Shown one piece after another: positions 8,954 to 18,917 of a stretch of DNA of 40,066 nucleotides (its first letter is position 1; every line of letters starts with the position of its first letter). The translations under genes and the position numbers were made by a program. Below the pieces are notes generated by a model. That model saw only the letters and a list, made by a program, of their open reading frames with translations. It had not been told where the DNA came from and did not search any database. The stretch comes from Candidatus Krumholzibacteriales bacterium (GTDB lineage: Bacteria; Krumholzibacteriota; Krumholzibacteriia; Krumholzibacteriales; WJIX01), in contig JAWODM010000060.1 in the NCBI GenBank assembly GCA_046483305.1, forward strand, positions 1 through 40,066, written 5' to 3'.

Positions 8954-10270
8954 CTAATCTTCTTCATCCTGATAAAAAATTATCCTGTTTCTTCCTGACC
9001 TTTTAGCCTTCATCAGCGATTTGTCAGCTGCTCTGAACAATTCTTCCTGGTCGGCGGCATCAACCGGGAAGATGCTACCTCCGATACTCACCGTAACATT
9101 AAGACGCTCCCCCCTGTTCCCCTTAACTTCCGTGCTTTCTATGACTTCTCTTATTCTCTCGGCTGTTCTGAGTGCGGCTTCCTTTCCGGCGCCCGGCAGA
9201 ACCGCCACAAACTCTTCACCCCCATACCGGATGAAAAGGTCTATCTTTCTCAGATGATTCCTGATGGTCCGGGCAACTTCTTTCAGAACGATGTCGCCGA
9301 CATCATGCCCGTACCTGTCGTTGAATTCCTTAAAGTGATCAATATCTATAACAAGAAATCCCAGCGGTTTTCTCTCACGGGAGGCCCTCTCTATCTCCAG
9401 CGGAACATGGGTTTCGTAATAATTTCTGTTGTTGACCTGTGTGAGCCTATCCACCGAAACCATCTTTTCGAGCTGGTAATTGTTGCTCATCAGCCTGATC
9501 AGGCCCTGTGCTATAAGTGAATAATCCCTGATCACCCCGGATTCGACCCTTTCGGATCCTCTATCATGAATTTCCAGGATGCCTATCCTGCCGAAATGAG
9601 CTACCAGCGGTATCAGGGTAACCGATTTTACATCTTCCCCTGGTTTGAAATAGCTTTCCTCTATAATCCCCCGGTCAGATGTGGTGCAGGCGGAATTCTC
9701 CTCAAGGGACCTGCGATAGAGTCGCCTGGAGATGATACTGTAAAAATCGTCCTGATGGACCTCTTCTGACCTTGCATCGATTGTGAGATCGCGGTCAAGG
9801 ACCAGATATGCTTCAGAATCTGGATTAACTCTAGTCGTTATCATTAACATATTACTTATCTTGTCGGCAATATGCATCGATCTTCCATTCAGTGACAGTT
9901 CTGACATTATATCGGTTATTATATCGGTCAATCTATCCCTGCTGCGTTCATCTCCCTTAAGATGCGGTATCGATTTATATTCGTCCAGGGTCATCTCCAG
10001 GGTTATTCCCCGGTTCTGATCTCTTCTTCTGTATTCCAGGACTGCCGCATCCTCCGTCTCTCTGAGCCCCCTTCTGAGAAAGACCCCTGTTTCGGAGAGT
10101 TCCTCCATGGAGAGATAAGCCTCTCTTACCATATCAGCGCGCCTTCCCGTACTCAGGGCGTTATCTACCCCTATTCGCCTTTTTTCGGAAAGGAATTCTC
10201 GGGGAATGAGGTTTGTGAGGAAAAACCTGTATCCTTCTATAAATCCCTGTTGCATAATTCCTTCTTGCAT
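8954..10270 (-). CDS. GAF-like + GGDEF diguanylate cyclase
   Basis: DRLTQVNNR, DIDHFKEFNDRYGHDVGD, RYGGEEF active site, RKID (RxxD) inhibitory site, VTVSIG. Confidence 0.93.
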   Translation of the reverse strand: MQEGIMQQGFIEGYRFFLTNLIPREFLSEKRRIGVDNALSTGRRADMVREAYLSMEELSETGVFLRRGLRETEDAAVLEYRRRDQNRGITLEMTLDEYKSIPHLKGDERSRDRLTDIITDIMSELSLNGRSMHIADKISNMLMITTRVNPDSEAYLVLDRDLTIDARSEEVHQDDFYSIISRRLYRRSLEENSACTTSDRGIIEESYFKPGEDVKSVTLIPLVAHFGRIGILEIHDRGSERVESGVIRDYSLIAQGLIRLMSNNYQLEKMVSVDRLTQVNNRNYYETHVPLEIERASRERKPLGFLVIDIDHFKEFNDRYGHDVGDIVLKEVARTIRNHLRKIDLFIRYGGEEFVAVLPGAGKEAALRTAERIREVIESTEVKGNRGERLNVTVSIGGSIFPVDAADQEELFRAADKSLMKAKRSGRNRIIFYQDEED

Positions 10271-10460
10271 AATCGATTGGGATTCTTCAATTGATGCATT
10301 CCCCTGGCGGTATCCGTAACAGTTACGTTACAGATCCACCTGTATCAGGAATACATCTGTTTATTCAATTATACTATAAATAGAAGAATATTTCTACCCA
10401 TTGGCCCGATTTTTATCTCCCCGGGCGGTATCTGTCTTTTAAATCAAATCTTTCCTTAAC

Positions 10461-10489
10461 TTGAAATAAAGGGATAAATAGACTATATT
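10461..10489 (+). promoter_or_regulatory. Candidate sigma70 promoter of mltD
   Basis: TTGAAA-N17-TATATT about 20 bp upstream of the ATG at 10511. Confidence 0.45.
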
Positions 10490-10510
10490 TACTCACTGAA
10501 AGTGAGAAGG

Positions 10511-12328
10511 ATGATGTCAAAAGTATGTTTTCTGTTAATTCTTACGGCCCTTTTGAGCGGATGTTTCTTTCCTTTTTCGGGTAATGAAGAAGGAGTATAC
10601 AGAACTGACCATATCTACCTGTCCTACCCTCATCTGATGAACTTCAGGGACAGATATAACGCCGCGTCTTTCTATTATTACGCGGGCAAATATGAAAAAG
10701 CTATTTCGGTATCCGAAACGCTGATCTTCTCCATAGACGAACTTATAGAAACCAATCCTCCCAGCGAATTCTGTTCTCATCTTGATTCATTGAGGTCGAT
10801 AACGGCAGTTCTCCGGGACAAGGCGGAAGAGGACCTTGATTACATGGTCTGGTATGAACATGCTACAGCCGTTCTTGACTCGATCGCGAGAAATACGGTA
10901 GTGGAGGAAGAGATCGAGGTGGTTTTCAACTGGAAGACCAGATACTGGCTGGAATATTTCCAGGGAAAGGGCCGCAGGTATTTTCAGAAATGGTTGGAAA
11001 GGGTTGAAAAATACAGGGGAATTATAGAACCAATTCTGGTAGAGAATGAACTTACCAGGGACCTGCTTTACCTTGCAGTTATAGAAAGCGGGTTGAATCC
11101 GAAGGCCCGTTCTTCCGCCAACGCGGTAGGGCCATGGCAGTTCATGAGCGGCACAGGCAGACTTTTCAATCTCAGAATTAACTGGTGGATTGATGAGAGG
11201 ATGGATTTTGTGGCCTCTACCTACGCAGCGGTTCATTACCTTAAGTATCTTTACTCTCTATTCGGAAACTGGTCGCTGGCGCTGGCCGGTTACAACGCCG
11301 GTGAAAACAGGATTAATTATCTGATAAACAGACAGAAAACCAACAACTACTGGAGGCTGAGCAGGCTTCCTTCCCAGACACAGCTATTCGTGCCTAAGTT
11401 CATGGCCGCTTTGGAGATAGGCCGGAATCCTGAAAAGTATGGGTTCAGAATACCCCATGTCGAACCGTTAGAATTCGACCAGGTTACCGTAAGCAGCCAG
11501 ATAAGTTTGAGACATATCGCAAAGGCGGCATCCTGTACCTTTACTCGAATAAAGAAACTCAATCCCGCCCTGAAGAAGTGGGCCACTCCTCCCAATATGA
11601 GAGTAACTGTCAAGGTCCCGGGTGGTACCGGAGACAGAGTAAGGAAAATGCTTGAGGAGATTGATTCGGATGAGAGAATCACCTGGCACAGGCACATTAT
11701 CGAGAGAGGCGAAACCCTCTCTGATATAGCTGATAAGTATGGAATAATAATGTCCGAATTAATCAGAATCAATGACATCTCAAATCCGAGAAGGATAAGA
11801 GCGGGCAGCTATCTGATGGTCCCGGTCAATGAAAGCGCTGATTCAGGAGATGATTTTATAATCGAGCCTGCTTATATGAACAGTCCCAGCCTCCCCGGGA
11901 AACTGAGAGTGAAAAGATACAGCCCGCCTTCCGGGTACCGTAAACATTATTATACCATCAAACCGGGGGACAGCCTCAGCGAGATAGCCGAAATGTTTGG
12001 CACTTCCATAGGAAGGCTCAGGTCCTGGAACGACATGAGGTACTCTTCCCTCATAAAGGCGGGCGATAAACTTGTTGTATATATACCGCCGGGCTTCAAA
12101 CACCCGGGCAGCTACGATAGCCGTATCGAGATGATATACGTGGTCAAGGAAGGGGATACTCTGCATTCAATATCACTGAAGTATAATACCACGGTAGACG
12201 ATCTACTGAAATGGAACAATAATATCAGTAAGGACCGGCTCTATCCCGGGCATAAGATCAAGATTCTGGTGGATACTGATCAGTTGAATCCGTCCTCTTC
12301 AGAAACATGGCAGTCCCCGTCAGGATAA
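10511..12328 (+). CDS. mltD: Lipoprotein lytic transglycosylase (MltD-like) with three LysM domains
   Basis: Lipobox LLSGC; SLT motifs LAVIESG, AVGPWQFM, ALAGYNAGE; LysM starts HIIERGETLSDIA, YTIKPGDSLSEIA, YVVKEGDTLHSIS. Confidence 0.92.
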   Translation: MMSKVCFLLILTALLSGCFFPFSGNEEGVYRTDHIYLSYPHLMNFRDRYNAASFYYYAGKYEKAISVSETLIFSIDELIETNPPSEFCSHLDSLRSITAVLRDKAEEDLDYMVWYEHATAVLDSIARNTVVEEEIEVVFNWKTRYWLEYFQGKGRRYFQKWLERVEKYRGIIEPILVENELTRDLLYLAVIESGLNPKARSSANAVGPWQFMSGTGRLFNLRINWWIDERMDFVASTYAAVHYLKYLYSLFGNWSLALAGYNAGENRINYLINRQKTNNYWRLSRLPSQTQLFVPKFMAALEIGRNPEKYGFRIPHVEPLEFDQVTVSSQISLRHIAKAASCTFTRIKKLNPALKKWATPPNMRVTVKVPGGTGDRVRKMLEEIDSDERITWHRHIIERGETLSDIADKYGIIMSELIRINDISNPRRIRAGSYLMVPVNESADSGDDFIIEPAYMNSPSLPGKLRVKRYSPPSGYRKHYYTIKPGDSLSEIAEMFGTSIGRLRSWNDMRYSSLIKAGDKLVVYIPPGFKHPGSYDSRIEMIYVVKEGDTLHSISLKYNTTVDDLLKWNNNISKDRLYPGHKIKILVDTDQLNPSSSETWQSPSG

Positions 12329-13554
12329 TCCTTCCTGTCTATTCTGCCATCTCTCCGCTCACCGTCTATAAGGCAGTTTGTTCCGATTCGCGCTCCGTCA
12401 TGTATGACCGTCTGTCTGCCGATAAGTGTTATTCCCGAATGAATATACTCCGGATAAACCCTGTTGGGCCTCGCGGCATCGCCTTCGCCAATGATACTCC
12501 CCTTACCCGATACAGACATTTTATCCATGATAGTATTGCTGATTACGGTCCCTTTCCCTATTCTGCAGCGGTGGAACAGCACACAGTTTCTGACCTCCGC
12601 CCCTTCTTCAACAACCACCCCCGGCGAGAGTATGGAAGAATAGACCTTTCCTCTTATCTCACACCCGTTACATATCAAGGAATTCTTAACTTCAGCATCA
12701 TCCCCGATGGTGGTTGGCAGGTTGTCATCCGGGACGGTAAGAATTTTCTCTCTGAACAGGTCGAATCCGCTTTCGCTGCTGTCGTCAAGCAGGTTCTGAC
12801 TGGCACTGTAATAATTCGTCACAGTCCCTATATCCAGCCAGTACCGATCGAAAAGGTAACCTGATATCATGCCCTCTTCGGTAAGATATGGTATCACGTG
12901 CTTTCCAAAATCGAGGTTATTAAATTCCTTCTTGAGCTTCATTAGAACCGATATAAGAAATTCCCTCCCGAAGATATAAATACCCATCGAAGCAAGATTG
13001 CTGTCGCTGCTGGCCGGCTTTTCATCAAAGCTGACTACCCTGCTGGATTTATCAAGAGTGGCAATTCCGAAATGCCTGGTAAGATTCCTGTCAACTTCCA
13101 CTGTCCCCATGGTTGCCTCGTTTCCCAATCTCATGTGCGCGTCCAGGAATCTCCGGTAATCTTCCCTGTAGATATGGTCGCCGGACAGAATGAGAACGTT
13201 TCTGCAGTCCAGTTCCTGAAGTACCGCCAGGTTCTGATAAAGGGCGTCAGCGGTTCCCATATACCAGTCCGCCCCCTCGTAACCAAGACGGGGGTGCAGA
13301 AGCCGCAATCCCCCCTTCTGCCGGTCAAGGTCCCACGGCTTTCCAATTCCCAGGTGCCTTACCAGTGAACGGGATATATACTGAGTAAGGACGAACACGG
13401 TGGTTATTCCGCTCCTGACACAGTTGGTCATGGTAAAATCTATTATTCTGTAATTTCCAGCAAAAGGGACCGCCGGTTTGGCTCTGTTTCTGGTCAGGAC
13501 GCTCAGCCTCTGTCCCTTTCCTCCTGCAAGAATAAATGCTGCCAGATCTTCCAT
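12280..13554 (-). CDS. glgC: Glucose-1-phosphate adenylyltransferase (ADP-glucose pyrophosphorylase)
   Basis: LAGGKGQRL, RAKPAVPF, YRIIDF, WYMGTADA, LSGDHIY, FDEKP, ASMGIYIF, DFGK, YWLDIGT, then a hexapeptide-repeat C-terminus. Confidence 0.93.
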   Translation of the reverse strand: MEDLAAFILAGGKGQRLSVLTRNRAKPAVPFAGNYRIIDFTMTNCVRSGITTVFVLTQYISRSLVRHLGIGKPWDLDRQKGGLRLLHPRLGYEGADWYMGTADALYQNLAVLQELDCRNVLILSGDHIYREDYRRFLDAHMRLGNEATMGTVEVDRNLTRHFGIATLDKSSRVVSFDEKPASSDSNLASMGIYIFGREFLISVLMKLKKEFNNLDFGKHVIPYLTEEGMISGYLFDRYWLDIGTVTNYYSASQNLLDDSSESGFDLFREKILTVPDDNLPTTIGDDAEVKNSLICNGCEIRGKVYSSILSPGVVVEEGAEVRNCVLFHRCRIGKGTVISNTIMDKMSVSGKGSIIGEGDAARPNRVYPEYIHSGITLIGRQTVIHDGARIGTNCLIDGERRDGRIDRKDYPDGDCHVSEEDGFN

Positions 13555-13558
13555 TTCC

Positions 13559-14725
13559 CTAATTCCGCCTGATAATGGTTTTTGGTTTAATCATGCTGCC
13601 TGCCCTGATAACCGTACCCGGCTCTATTACGGCACCCTTACCCAGGACTGTTATCTCGTCTCCTCCGGTTCCCGCAGGCGCTCCAGCCACAGCCGCTTTT
13701 CCTACTGTTACATCCTTGTCAATAATGGACTTATATATTGAAGCCTCAGGCTGTATACGGGACCTCTGAAATATTATGCTACCGCTTACCTCGGCTCCCT
13801 CCTCTATCACTACACCGGGGAATATGACAGAATTACTGACCTTTCCGCTTATCCGGCAACCGTCAGCCACTATTGATCCTCTTATGTCAGAGCGGGAACA
13901 TATCCTGGTGGGAGGCATACCTGATTCCCTTGTGAACAGGGGATAACCCTTTCCGGTCATAAAGGAGGTGCCTGAGAGAAGGTTCATGGAAGCCCGGTAG
14001 TAAGTATCCACCGAACCGATATCCTCCCAGTAATCCTTGAAAATAAAAGAAGCAATCTTTCGGTCATCAATACCGGGTTTGATAATATCAAAGACTAAAT
14101 CCACGGTGTCATGACTCAGCGAATCAAGAAGGAATTCCCTGTCGAAGAGATAAATTCCAAGGGAAGCGTTATTATATTTGCAGACTTTTGGTTTTTCTCG
14201 CAGATCCCTTATCAGTCCGCTGCTGTCTATATCCACCATGCCCAGTCTCTGTTCCTGGCCTTCGCCCGCTTCCCGGCAGGCAACCGTCACCGGCCTCGAA
14301 TTCCTGAGATGCTCTTTTACCATTTCCCTGTAGTTCATACGGTAAACCTGATCTCCGGAGAGGACCAGAACCAGGTCCGCGTCCGAATCGCTTATTATTT
14401 CTATATTCTGAAGAAGAGCTTCCGCGGTTCCCCTGTACCATTCGGCGACCCTGCCGTGGTGAGACGGCTGCAGGATATATAAACCGCCGGTTTTTCTGTC
14501 CAGGTCCCAGGGTTTTCCCATTCCTATATGTTCTATCAGTGAGCGTGGATTATATTGAGCCAGCACATATATATTGGTAATGCCTGAAGTTACACAGTTA
14601 CTGAGACAGAAGTCTATTATCCGGTATCTTCCCCCGAAAGGGACAGCAGTTTTAGCCCTGTGGCTGGTCAGCACCCCCAGCTCACTGCCTTCCCCCCCTG
14701 CAAGAATAAAAACGAGTATCTCCAT
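13559..14725 (-). CDS. Second ADP-glucose pyrophosphorylase paralogue (divergent GlgC or GlgD-like)
   Basis: Same family, with substitutions GGEGSEL, RAKTAV, GTAEA, SGDQVY and DLVF. Ends 4 bp before glgC. Confidence 0.85.
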   Translation of the reverse strand: MEILVFILAGGEGSELGVLTSHRAKTAVPFGGRYRIIDFCLSNCVTSGITNIYVLAQYNPRSLIEHIGMGKPWDLDRKTGGLYILQPSHHGRVAEWYRGTAEALLQNIEIISDSDADLVLVLSGDQVYRMNYREMVKEHLRNSRPVTVACREAGEGQEQRLGMVDIDSSGLIRDLREKPKVCKYNNASLGIYLFDREFLLDSLSHDTVDLVFDIIKPGIDDRKIASFIFKDYWEDIGSVDTYYRASMNLLSGTSFMTGKGYPLFTRESGMPPTRICSRSDIRGSIVADGCRISGKVSNSVIFPGVVIEEGAEVSGSIIFQRSRIQPEASIYKSIIDKDVTVGKAAVAGAPAGTGGDEITVLGKGAVIEPGTVIRAGSMIKPKTIIRRN

Positions 14726-14767
14726 CCCTTAAGGACCTCTCACATTCTATGGACGCGAAGAAAGGTA

Positions 14768-15805
14768 TCAGTAGGATACGTTCATGGATACCCGGTGTGT
14801 GGTATCGAGTTCGTCATGGTCTAAAAGGGCGTAGTTAATACCTATTGACACCCGTTCCCCAATAAATTCATCCAGGTTGAATCCGGCCCCAATGGTTCTG
14901 CGGCCCATATCCAGGCCACCTCTGAGCGCTACCAGGTTTCTGATTAAGAGTTCGGCTCCGATATGAAAATCGGCGCTGGCTCTGCCTATCCAGAGTTGGT
15001 CAACCTGTTTTCTGTTGGCGTAGCGGAAATCCCCGTCCGCGGCCAGCAGAAGAACGCTCTTCATACTCTCAATCCTTAACGGATATCCGAGCCCTACCTT
15101 TAGAGCAGGGTATATGAATTCATCCTTTCCGGTGCTCCAGCTAATATATGTCCCGGTGGCGTCCTGAAGCTTGACGCCAAGCATCAGGTCTTTCCACAGA
15201 TCCTTTTTCATAAGCCCCAGGTCAATTCCTATCCCCAGGCTCGAAACTCCGGTTACCTGGTCGTTTCTTATGATCTTGACTGATGCTCCCACCGAACCGA
15301 AATTCATCATCTGCCCGTACGATACCATCAGGGCATAGTCATTAACATTCTGGAGAGGAAAATCCCTGTAATCGAAATTCAGCCTTTCCTGAAGCCATGG
15401 TTCGTAACGGTCATCCCCGTCAGAATTGATAATCATATCCTCATTCATGGGTATAACTCTTATATCGTTAATACCCATGTGCATGAGGGTAATTCCCCAC
15501 CCTGACCTTCCCCGGTCAAGGGGCATTACGGCTGACAGAAAATTGTAATTTATCAGTTCCCCGAATCTCTCGGAGTGCATGAAGGAGATCCCCATTCTCT
15601 CCGGGGCAGAGTAATACGGGATCCCGGCGGGATTCCAGTAAGATGAAGTGGCGTCATCTGAAATCGAGACGAAAGCTCCCCCCATTGCCATCGCCCTGGC
15701 CCCGCCTCCAAGCGCCATGAACTCGCCCGCGTAATTCTCCGCGTACAGCTGCGCCGGCGTGAAGATAGTGAGTACACAGATTGACAGGATTATTCTTTTC
15801 ATCAT
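14768..15805 (-). CDS. PorV/UPF0164-like (FadL-fold) outer-membrane beta-barrel
   Basis: Signal peptide, GGGARAMAMGGAF..ISDDATSSYWNPAG signature, C-terminal beta-signal HRVSMNVSY. Confidence 0.8.
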   Translation of the reverse strand: MMKRIILSICVLTIFTPAQLYAENYAGEFMALGGGARAMAMGGAFVSISDDATSSYWNPAGIPYYSAPERMGISFMHSERFGELINYNFLSAVMPLDRGRSGWGITLMHMGINDIRVIPMNEDMIINSDGDDRYEPWLQERLNFDYRDFPLQNVNDYALMVSYGQMMNFGSVGASVKIIRNDQVTGVSSLGIGIDLGLMKKDLWKDLMLGVKLQDATGTYISWSTGKDEFIYPALKVGLGYPLRIESMKSVLLLAADGDFRYANRKQVDQLWIGRASADFHIGAELLIRNLVALRGGLDMGRRTIGAGFNLDEFIGERVSIGINYALLDHDELDTTHRVSMNVSY

Positions 15806-15859
15806 GTTCTCCATTTTAACAGGGGGCGGCATAAAACAGAAGTCACTCTCATCTTTTAT

Positions 15860-15888
15860 ATTATAACAAAACTCAATCTAAAAAACAA
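15860..15888 (-). promoter_or_regulatory. Candidate sigma70 promoter with extended -10
   Basis: Minus strand TTGTTT-N17-TATAAT with TG one base before the -10. Confidence 0.5.
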
Positions 15889-15935
15889 ATTGAATCAGTA
15901 TGGCCAAGCCCGGTTACCCCATGTTTGTTAAGGCC

Positions 15936-17420
15936 CTATGATATATTGTATTTATTAAGCCGCCTGTAAAGCGTCCTTACGGATATGCCCAGCTGTTCCG
16001 CCGCCTTTCTCCGGTTGCCCCGGTTCATGTTCAGAGCCTGAATAATGGCTTCTTTCTCTATCGAATCTATGTCCTTTACCCCTTCGTTCGGATCTTCGCG
16101 CACTTCAACGTACCGGTTAAGGTTAAAATTTCTTCCGTTTCGGCGCTCTCTGAGAATATGAAGTATTTCCTTAACGTCGTTATGAAGCGAAAGCAGGGAA
16201 TTCATGATCAGTTCACGTTCCATATCCTCTCGGGATTTCTGTACGTGAACCGGCAGGTCAGGCGAAAGGTTTTCTCTGCTCTCCTCGTATATTCTTCCTT
16301 CAATCTCTTCTTCGCTGATAAACGAGGAACTGCTCATCACTACCAGATTGTCTATTACATTCATAAGCTCCCTGACATTTCCGGGCCAGGGATACCGGGT
16401 GAGCCTGTTGAGCCCCTCCTTTTCAATACCTCTTATTTTCTTTCCGTGTTTTTCAGAAGCTTTCTGGACAAATACATTTACCATGAGAGGAATATCTTCC
16501 TTACGCTCTCTCAGAGGAGGTATAGCTATCTGCACCACCTTCAGGCGGTAAAAGAGATCCCTTCTGAATGAACCTTTTTCTACCTCGCTGTTAAGGTTTC
16601 TGTTGGTTGCGGCTATTATGCGGACATCCGAGTGAATTCTTTCAATCCCTCCCACCCTCAGAAAATTTCCGGTCTCCAGTACTCGCAGCAGTTTCACCTG
16701 CATTCCCAGAGGCATCTCCCCTACCTCATCCAGGAATATGGTTCCCTGGTCCGCTCTCTCGAAAAGTCCCCTTCGTCTTCCAACCGCTCCCGTAAAAGAG
16801 CCTTTTTCATGGCCGAAAAGTTCCGATTCGAGTACGCCTTCGGCGAAAGCGCCGCAGTTGACTTCCTCGAAAGGCTTCATCATTCTCCCGCTGAGTTTAT
16901 GTATGGTCCTTGCTATTATCTCCTTGCCGGTCCCGCTTTCTCCCTCCAGCAGGACGGAAACTTCGGTAGGAGCGACCTGTATTGTCTTATCCAGTATGAC
17001 GTTCAGCTTGTCCGATCTTCCTATTATATTAAAGTGGCTCTTTACGGTTCTGAGTTTTATGAACCAGTTTATGGTTGCGGAGGTTTCCTCCCTGTCATGG
17101 TCCGGGGATATATATAGATCTACCCCCTGATAATAATCAGACCTTAACTGCTCTTCACTCTTCTCCTCTCCGAATACGATGATGTCGTAGGAGATGAATT
17201 TCTTCTTGAATCGCTTGATTACCGGCAGGTAATTACTGAACGCCCCAAATGAATTTATGGCAAGGATGATACCCTCCCCGGGTTCATCCATGGCCAGAAT
17301 ACCCGATATATTGTTATAAATTCTGCACTCAGAACCGGGGCACCTTATAATACTTTCCAGGTATTCCCTGAAATCGTCACCCTCTGACAGGGCCCATATT
17401 TGAGATTTCTTAAGATCCAT
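15936..17420 (-). CDS. Sigma54-interacting AAA+ regulator with degenerate receiver-like N-terminus and Fis HTH
   Basis: GESGTGKE, ESELFGHEKGSFTGA, FLDEVGE, FRRDLFYRL, WPGNVREL, GNRRKAAEQLGISVRTLYRRL. Confidence 0.93.
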   Translation of the reverse strand: MDLKKSQIWALSEGDDFREYLESIIRCPGSECRIYNNISGILAMDEPGEGIILAINSFGAFSNYLPVIKRFKKKFISYDIIVFGEEKSEEQLRSDYYQGVDLYISPDHDREETSATINWFIKLRTVKSHFNIIGRSDKLNVILDKTIQVAPTEVSVLLEGESGTGKEIIARTIHKLSGRMMKPFEEVNCGAFAEGVLESELFGHEKGSFTGAVGRRRGLFERADQGTIFLDEVGEMPLGMQVKLLRVLETGNFLRVGGIERIHSDVRIIAATNRNLNSEVEKGSFRRDLFYRLKVVQIAIPPLRERKEDIPLMVNVFVQKASEKHGKKIRGIEKEGLNRLTRYPWPGNVRELMNVIDNLVVMSSSSFISEEEIEGRIYEESRENLSPDLPVHVQKSREDMERELIMNSLLSLHNDVKEILHILRERRNGRNFNLNRYVEVREDPNEGVKDIDSIEKEAIIQALNMNRGNRRKAAEQLGISVRTLYRRLNKYNIS

Positions 17421-17429
17421 GATAAGTTA

Positions 17430-17457
17430 ATTATGCATGAAGAACTTCTGTTGTCAA
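17430..17457 (-). promoter_or_regulatory. Candidate sigma70 promoter, possibly giving a near-leaderless mRNA
   Basis: Minus strand TTGACA-N16-CATAAT ends 9 nt before the ATG at 17420; no Shine-Dalgarno. Confidence 0.45.
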
Positions 17458-17528
17458 TTCAATATACCGTGTTTAAATGGGTTTTGGCCGCTTTTAAGGT
17501 ATTGATTCGCTTGAACGGACCTGGAGAA

Positions 17529-18911
17529 CTATTCCGCCTGATCCTCATCCTGGTAGGATTTTACCTTCTCCCTGAGAGTCTGGCGGCTAATACCCAGTAT
17601 TCTTGCCGATTTCGATTTATTCCCACTGGTTTTCTCCAGTGTGTTGAGTATCAGCATCTTCTCCATCTCTTTCAGACTCATGGGGAATAATTCATCTATA
17701 TTCCTGGCCGCCCTGTCCTCTGTGAACTGATCTTTTCCGTCCACTATCTCAGCGGGGAGATGCTCGATCTTTATACTGTCCTCGGCATCCAGCAGTACCG
17801 CCCGTTCAATAATGTTCTTTAACTCCCTTACATTACCGGGCCAGTTGTAGCCCCTCAGGATTTCAGCGACTTCACTGGAAATGGTTTTTATGCTCTTCTT
17901 GAACTCCCTGTTGAATGTTCTTATGAAATGATTTGCCAGAAGCTCTATATCCTCTTTTCTCTCCCTCAGGGGGGGGAGCTCTATCGGGATTACCTGCAGG
18001 CGGTAGTAAAGGTCGTTCCTGAAATTTCCCTTGCTTATCTCTTCCTTGAGGTTGCGGTTGGTAGCTGAAATAACCCTGGCATTGAGCTTGAGGTCCTTTA
18101 CCCCTCCTACCCTCCTGAAGGTCTTGTTTTCAATTACTCTGAGCAGCCTGCTCTGCAGAGTCACCCCCATCTCTCCGATCTCGTCAAGGAATATCGTCCC
18201 CCCTTCCGCCAGTTCCATTAATCCTTTCTTTCTCTTTTTTGCGTCTGTAAAAGCCCCCTTTTCATGTCCGAAGAGTTCGCTCTCCAGAAGCGTTTCCGGA
18301 AGGGCCGCGCAGTTTATCTCCATGAACGGCATATTTTCACCCCTGCTGCTTTCATGGATCGCCCTGGCGACAAGTTCCTTGCCGGTGCCGCTTTCCCCCT
18401 GAATCAGTATGGTGCTGGCCTTGCTTTTGCCTATTTTCTTAACTCTCTCGAATACTTCCAGCATTACCTCGCTTCTGCCTATAAAGTTTTTGAAATCATA
18501 TTCTTCTCTGTTTTTATCTCTTATCTCTTTCAGTTCATTCTTTAGTTTTGATTGCTCAAAAGCATTCTTTATGGCGATTTTCATCTTGGGGATCTGAAAA
18601 GGTTTGAGCAGAAAGTCGTATGCTCCGCATTTTATAGCCTCTACGGCAGTTTCTATTTCTCCGTAAGCTGTCATCATGATTACAGGAACCGAAGGATCTA
18701 TTTCCTTTATCTCCTTTAACAGCTCCATTCCGTTGGTGTCGGGGAGCTTCAGGTCCAGGATTGCCAGATCTGCGGGATCGTCTTTGAAACTCTTCAGCCC
18801 CTTCTTACCGTTCTCCTGATCTTCGACAATATAACCTTCGTTTTTAAGCGATTCCCCCAGAGACCACCTGATGGTCTGTTCGTCGTCTACAATAAGGATC
18901 TTCCTAGGCAT
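17529..18911 (-). CDS. NtrC/AtoC-family sigma54-dependent response regulator
   Basis: Intact receiver (ILIVDDE, AILDLKLPD, MMTAY, LLKPF), GESGTGKE, GAFTDA, WPGNVREL, Fis HTH. Confidence 0.96.
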   Translation of the reverse strand: MPRKILIVDDEQTIRWSLGESLKNEGYIVEDQENGKKGLKSFKDDPADLAILDLKLPDTNGMELLKEIKEIDPSVPVIMMTAYGEIETAVEAIKCGAYDFLLKPFQIPKMKIAIKNAFEQSKLKNELKEIRDKNREEYDFKNFIGRSEVMLEVFERVKKIGKSKASTILIQGESGTGKELVARAIHESSRGENMPFMEINCAALPETLLESELFGHEKGAFTDAKKRKKGLMELAEGGTIFLDEIGEMGVTLQSRLLRVIENKTFRRVGGVKDLKLNARVISATNRNLKEEISKGNFRNDLYYRLQVIPIELPPLRERKEDIELLANHFIRTFNREFKKSIKTISSEVAEILRGYNWPGNVRELKNIIERAVLLDAEDSIKIEHLPAEIVDGKDQFTEDRAARNIDELFPMSLKEMEKMLILNTLEKTSGNKSKSARILGISRQTLREKVKSYQDEDQAE

Positions 18912-18917
18912 ACAAAA

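Noticed and set aside
18235..18260. GAFTDA instead of GAFTGA in the response regulator
   Set aside because: A common variant in NtrC/AtoC-type activators.
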